Source: an uncultured Alphaproteobacteria bacterium (lineage in GTDB: Bacteria > Pseudomonadota > Alphaproteobacteria > Rs-D84 > CACZYB01). Taken from it: a DNA stretch of 32,000 nucleotides. The notes beneath the pieces are model-generated. The model did no database searches and was not told the DNA's origin. It saw only the letters and a program-made list of their open reading frames with translations. Location: the NCBI GenBank assembly GCA_934246625.1, contig CAKQHZ010000001.1, forward strand, positions 510,001 to 542,000, written 5' to 3'. Position numbers and translations under genes: made by a program. This document shows positions 29,666-32,000 of this stretch, piece after piece; the stretch's first letter is position 1, and each line of letters starts with the position of its first letter.

Positions 29666-29694
29666 TTGACAATAGAGGTTTTTGTCTATAGTAT
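29666..29694 (+). promoter_or_regulatory. sigma70-type promoter
   Basis: Consensus TTGACA (29666-29671), a 17-nt spacer, then TAGTAT (29689-29694). It lies directly after the rpoC terminator. Confidence 0.5.
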
Positions 29695-29722
29695 AGAGTC
29701 GATTAAAATAAAAAGTGTAAAA

Positions 29723-30166
29723 ATGGCAAAACCTAAAGTAAAAGTAAATATGTTATTGATAAAATTAAAGAAGTATGGAGCTTTGTTTCCTGTGCTTTTT
29801 ATTTTGCCTTATTTTGCCTATAATCCAAGCATTGCAAAAATTCATTTTTTGATGATTATGATTGTGTATTATTATGTTTTATTTATGGGACCAGTAAAGT
29901 TTATTGAATTTTTGATTCCTAAATTGGATTTAAAGCAAAAGGTTGTTGATGTGTTGGCTTGGTCTTGTGGTTTAATAATGTATTGTTGGACTTTTTATAA
30001 TTGGATTTTTGTTTTTATGAAAAAGTCGGATTATGATTTTGCATCAGCTATATTTATAATTCCATTTATTGCTTTTTTGCGTTGTGTGCAAGTAATTTTA
30101 TTTACGATTATTTGTGTATATTGCTATAACTATTTATCAACTAAATTGAAAAAGAAAGAAGGTTAA
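29723..30166 (+). CDS. hypothetical 4-TM membrane protein
   Basis: The start is trimmed to ATG 29723 because the track's TTG start is the -35 box. The start is uncertain since no clear SD is present. It has four hydrophobic segments and several Cys. The stop lies 1 nt before the next ATG. Confidence 0.55.
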   Translation: MAKPKVKVNMLLIKLKKYGALFPVLFILPYFAYNPSIAKIHFLMIMIVYYYVLFMGPVKFIEFLIPKLDLKQKVVDVLAWSCGLIMYCWTFYNWIFVFMKKSDYDFASAIFIIPFIAFLRCVQVILFTIICVYCYNYLSTKLKKKEG

Positions 30167-30167
30167 A

Positions 30168-30836
30168 ATGAAAGTATTTGAAAGTTTGATTCCAGAAGCT
30201 AAATTTTTTAAAAAAACTATAGATATATATCGTAAATATACAAATAAAATAAATAGAATTAAACGTCGTTTTAAATTATCTTCTGATATTCGTGAAAAAG
30301 ATATTTTAAAATTACGAGATTATAATTTTGTGCGTTTTCAATCTATACTTTATCAAATGGATATGTTTAATGTGTTGGAAGAACAAGAAAGAGGCTTGAC
30401 TTGCGATTTTATTTCGGAACAACTTGATCCTTATGCTTTGTCAGATGTTTTTTATCAAGAACAAGAATCTCTTGATCTTGTGAATGCTTTGAAACTTAAT
30501 CTTAATACAGATATGTTAAGTTCAGGTTTTAGTTTCTTTTTTAATAATATTGTTGTAGATACTGTTGATAGTGGTGTTGATTTGGAGGTCGTTCAAAATT
30601 TATTGGAACCATTTGTTAAAAATCAAAATGATATATTACGACTTAAAAAGGCTGCTATGAATGAATATAAACGTCAACTTTATCTATCTGTTGGAAATTA
30701 TGATAAGGAACGTTTTGATAATTTAAGATATAATTTAAACGTTTTATTTTCTTCTATGGATTGTTCTTATAGAAATGGAAGAAAAGGTAAAGTAGATAAT
30801 CGTTTGTTTAAACCTGAGAATAATAACGAAAGATAA
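30168..30836 (+). CDS. hypothetical soluble protein (222 aa)
   Basis: SD GAAGG lies upstream and the gene is translationally coupled to the preceding membrane-protein gene. It has a basic N-terminus and an acidic middle. No recognisable motif. Confidence 0.6.
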   Translation: MKVFESLIPEAKFFKKTIDIYRKYTNKINRIKRRFKLSSDIREKDILKLRDYNFVRFQSILYQMDMFNVLEEQERGLTCDFISEQLDPYALSDVFYQEQESLDLVNALKLNLNTDMLSSGFSFFFNNIVVDTVDSGVDLEVVQNLLEPFVKNQNDILRLKKAAMNEYKRQLYLSVGNYDKERFDNLRYNLNVLFSSMDCSYRNGRKGKVDNRLFKPENNNER

Positions 30837-30850
30837 AAATAAGAAAAATA

Positions 30851-30879
30851 TTGACTTTTTTAGGAAAGTATTATATATT
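30851..30879 (+). promoter_or_regulatory. sigma70-type promoter of rplU-rpmA
   Basis: TTGACT (30851-30856), a 17-nt spacer, then TATATT (30874-30879). Confidence 0.5.
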
Positions 30880-30913
30880 TTGAAAACATTTAAAAGAATC
30901 GAGGTAATGAAAA

Positions 30914-31207
30914 ATGTTTGCAATATTTACAACTGGTGGAAAACAGTATAAAGTTCAAAAAAACGAAGTATTAAAAGTTGAAAAACTTGACGCTGAAAAA
31001 AATGTTGAATTTTCAGATGTACTTATGGTTGATGGTAAAGTTGGTGCTCCTTTCGTTGAAGGTGCAAAGGTAAAAGCTGAAGTTGTTGACCAAATTCGTG
31101 ATGACAAAGTGATTGTTTTCAAAAAGAAAAGAAGACAAAATTACAGAAGAAAACAAGGTCATAGACAATATTTAACTGTTATTAAAATAACTGATATAAT
31201 TGCTTAA
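30914..31207 (+). CDS. rplU: 50S ribosomal protein L21
   Basis: 97 aa. [13 protein letters not shown] is canonical, and the protein has a basic C-terminal segment. Confidence 0.95.
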   Translation: MFAIFTTGGKQYKVQKNEVLKVEKLDAEKNVEFSDVLMVDGKVGAPFVEGAKVKAEVVDQIRDDKVIVFKKKRRQNYRRKQGHRQYLTVIKITDIIA

Positions 31208-31231
31208 TTATTAAAGAAAAAGAGGTAAAAA

Positions 31232-31489
31232 ATGGCACATAAGAAAGCTGGCGGTAGTTCAAAGAATGGTCGTGATTCTGAAGGTAAAAGACTTGGAATC
31301 AAAAGATTCGGTGGTGAAAAAGTAACTGCTGGAACTATTATTGTAAGACAACGTGGAACAAAATATCACCCAGGAACAAATGTTGGTATGGGAACTGACT
31401 ATACTATTTTTGCAACTGTTGATGGTTCTGTTTCTTTCGTAAAAGGTGATGCAAAAGGAAGAACTTATATTTCTGTGATTCCTGCATAA
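31232..31489 (+). CDS. rpmA: 50S ribosomal protein L27
   Basis: 85 aa. [45 protein letters not shown] is canonical. Confidence 0.97.
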   Translation: MAHKKAGGSSKNGRDSEGKRLGIKRFGGEKVTAGTIIVRQRGTKYHPGTNVGMGTDYTIFATVDGSVSFVKGDAKGRTYISVIPA

Positions 31490-31511
31490 TTACCGAAAAT
31501 CTTTTAAGAAA

Positions 31512-31541
31512 ATGCCCTCTTTTTAGAGGGTATTTTTTTTG
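31512..31541 (+). terminator. rho-independent terminator after rpmA
   Basis: Stem atgccctct / agagggtat (one G:T pair) with a tttt loop, followed by a T8 run. Confidence 0.8.
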
Positions 31542-31570
31542 TTGATAAAAATTCTAAAAAGAGTTAATAT
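31542..31570 (+). promoter_or_regulatory. sigma70-type promoter
   Basis: TTGATA (31542-31547), a 17-nt spacer, then TAATAT (31565-31570). Confidence 0.45.
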
Positions 31571-31597
31571 AATTTTATAAAAGAGAGAAAATGGACC

Positions 31598-32000
31598 ATG
31601 ATAAAATTTAGATTTTGTAAATATTTATTTGTATTTTTTGTTTTTTTATCAATAATTTCAGATGTAAATTCTGCACCAAGAAGAAATTCAAAGAGAGCAA
31701 GTGTTGTTGGAAAAAATAATTCAAAAAGAGCTGCAACAACTTCTCGACGAGATAGTCGTAGAAATTCCAAACGTGCTGCTGTAACAGGTCGTGGAAAAGC
31801 CTCTAATTTAAGAGTTTTAAATTCAAATGTTTCAACTAAGACAAATGTAGATACTTCTGCTTCTGTTAAAATATCAGATACGGATGAAAAATATGATAAA
31901 ATTTTAAGTGAAATTAATTTTTTGAAACAAAGTGTTTCTACTTATGAGAGTAAATTTTCTGAATATGATAATAAACTTAAAGAGGCGAATACAAAAATTT
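31598..32000 (+). CDS. secreted Arg/Ser/Lys-rich coiled-coil protein, paralog of the 3645..4336 gene (partial, runs off the window)
   Basis: The ORF is absent from the track because there is no stop within the window. Hand translation from ATG 31598 gives MIKFRFCKYLFVFFVFLSIISDVNSA|PRRNSKRASVVGKNNSKRAATTSRRDSRRNSKRAAV...DEKYDKILSEINFLKQSVSTYESKFSEYDNKLKEANTKI. The track's minus-strand ORF 31564..31770 is its antisense shadow. Confidence 0.7.
   Translation, partial: MIKFRFCKYLFVFFVFLSIISDVNSAPRRNSKRASVVGKNNSKRAATTSRRDSRRNSKRAAVTGRGKASNLRVLNSNVSTKTNVDTSASVKISDTDEKYDKILSEINFLKQSVSTYESKFSEYDNKLKEANTKI

Noticed and set aside
31564-31770. 68-aa minus-strand ORF at the right end
   Set aside because: The plus strand here encodes a signal peptide and a basic repeat region that is clearly paralogous to the 3645..4336 gene. 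The plus-strand gene has a promoter and follows the rpmA terminator, so the minus ORF is its antisense shadow.
1-32000. Search for CRISPR arrays, IS elements or transposases, integrases, prophage genes and rRNA
   Set aside because: I saw no spaced direct-repeat arrays, no terminal inverted repeats flanking ORFs, no DDE, tyrosine- or serine-recombinase motifs, and no rRNA-like sequence. The only stable RNA gene recognised is tRNA-Trp.

Overview
A visibly AT-rich chromosomal segment from a diderm bacterium. The N-termini of RpoB and RpoC and the order tRNA-Trp-secE-nusG-rplKAJL-rpoBC look proteobacterial, most like Alphaproteobacteria. A large pyruvate:ferredoxin oxidoreductase suggests an anaerobic or microaerophilic lifestyle. 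Housekeeping genes are nifJ-type PFOR, RNase J, radC, aspS, tRNA-Trp, secE, nusG, rplK, rplA, rplJ, rplL, rpoB, rpoC, rplU and rpmA. Accessory content is interleaved with them. (1) At the left edge, a lipoprotein and two tandem VirB8-like genes look like the start of a type IV secretion operon. (2) A gene for a secreted Arg/Ser-rich coiled-coil protein has its signal-peptide region split from the body by an 8-G homopolymer. This is the only long G/C run I can see in the window. It looks like a slipped-strand phase-variation switch, currently OFF, and a paralog starts at the right edge. (3) A terminator-bounded operon encodes two secreted Cys/Gly-rich proteins with eukaryote-like CxxC and glycine-rich modules. 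It is followed by a small ORF and a 900+ aa GT2-GT2-GT8 triple glycosyltransferase fusion. (4) A promoter-equipped cassette of two unknown genes sits between rpoC and rplU. I recognised no transposase, integrase, CRISPR array or rRNA. All homology statements are by-eye motif recognition and need HMM or BLAST confirmation.
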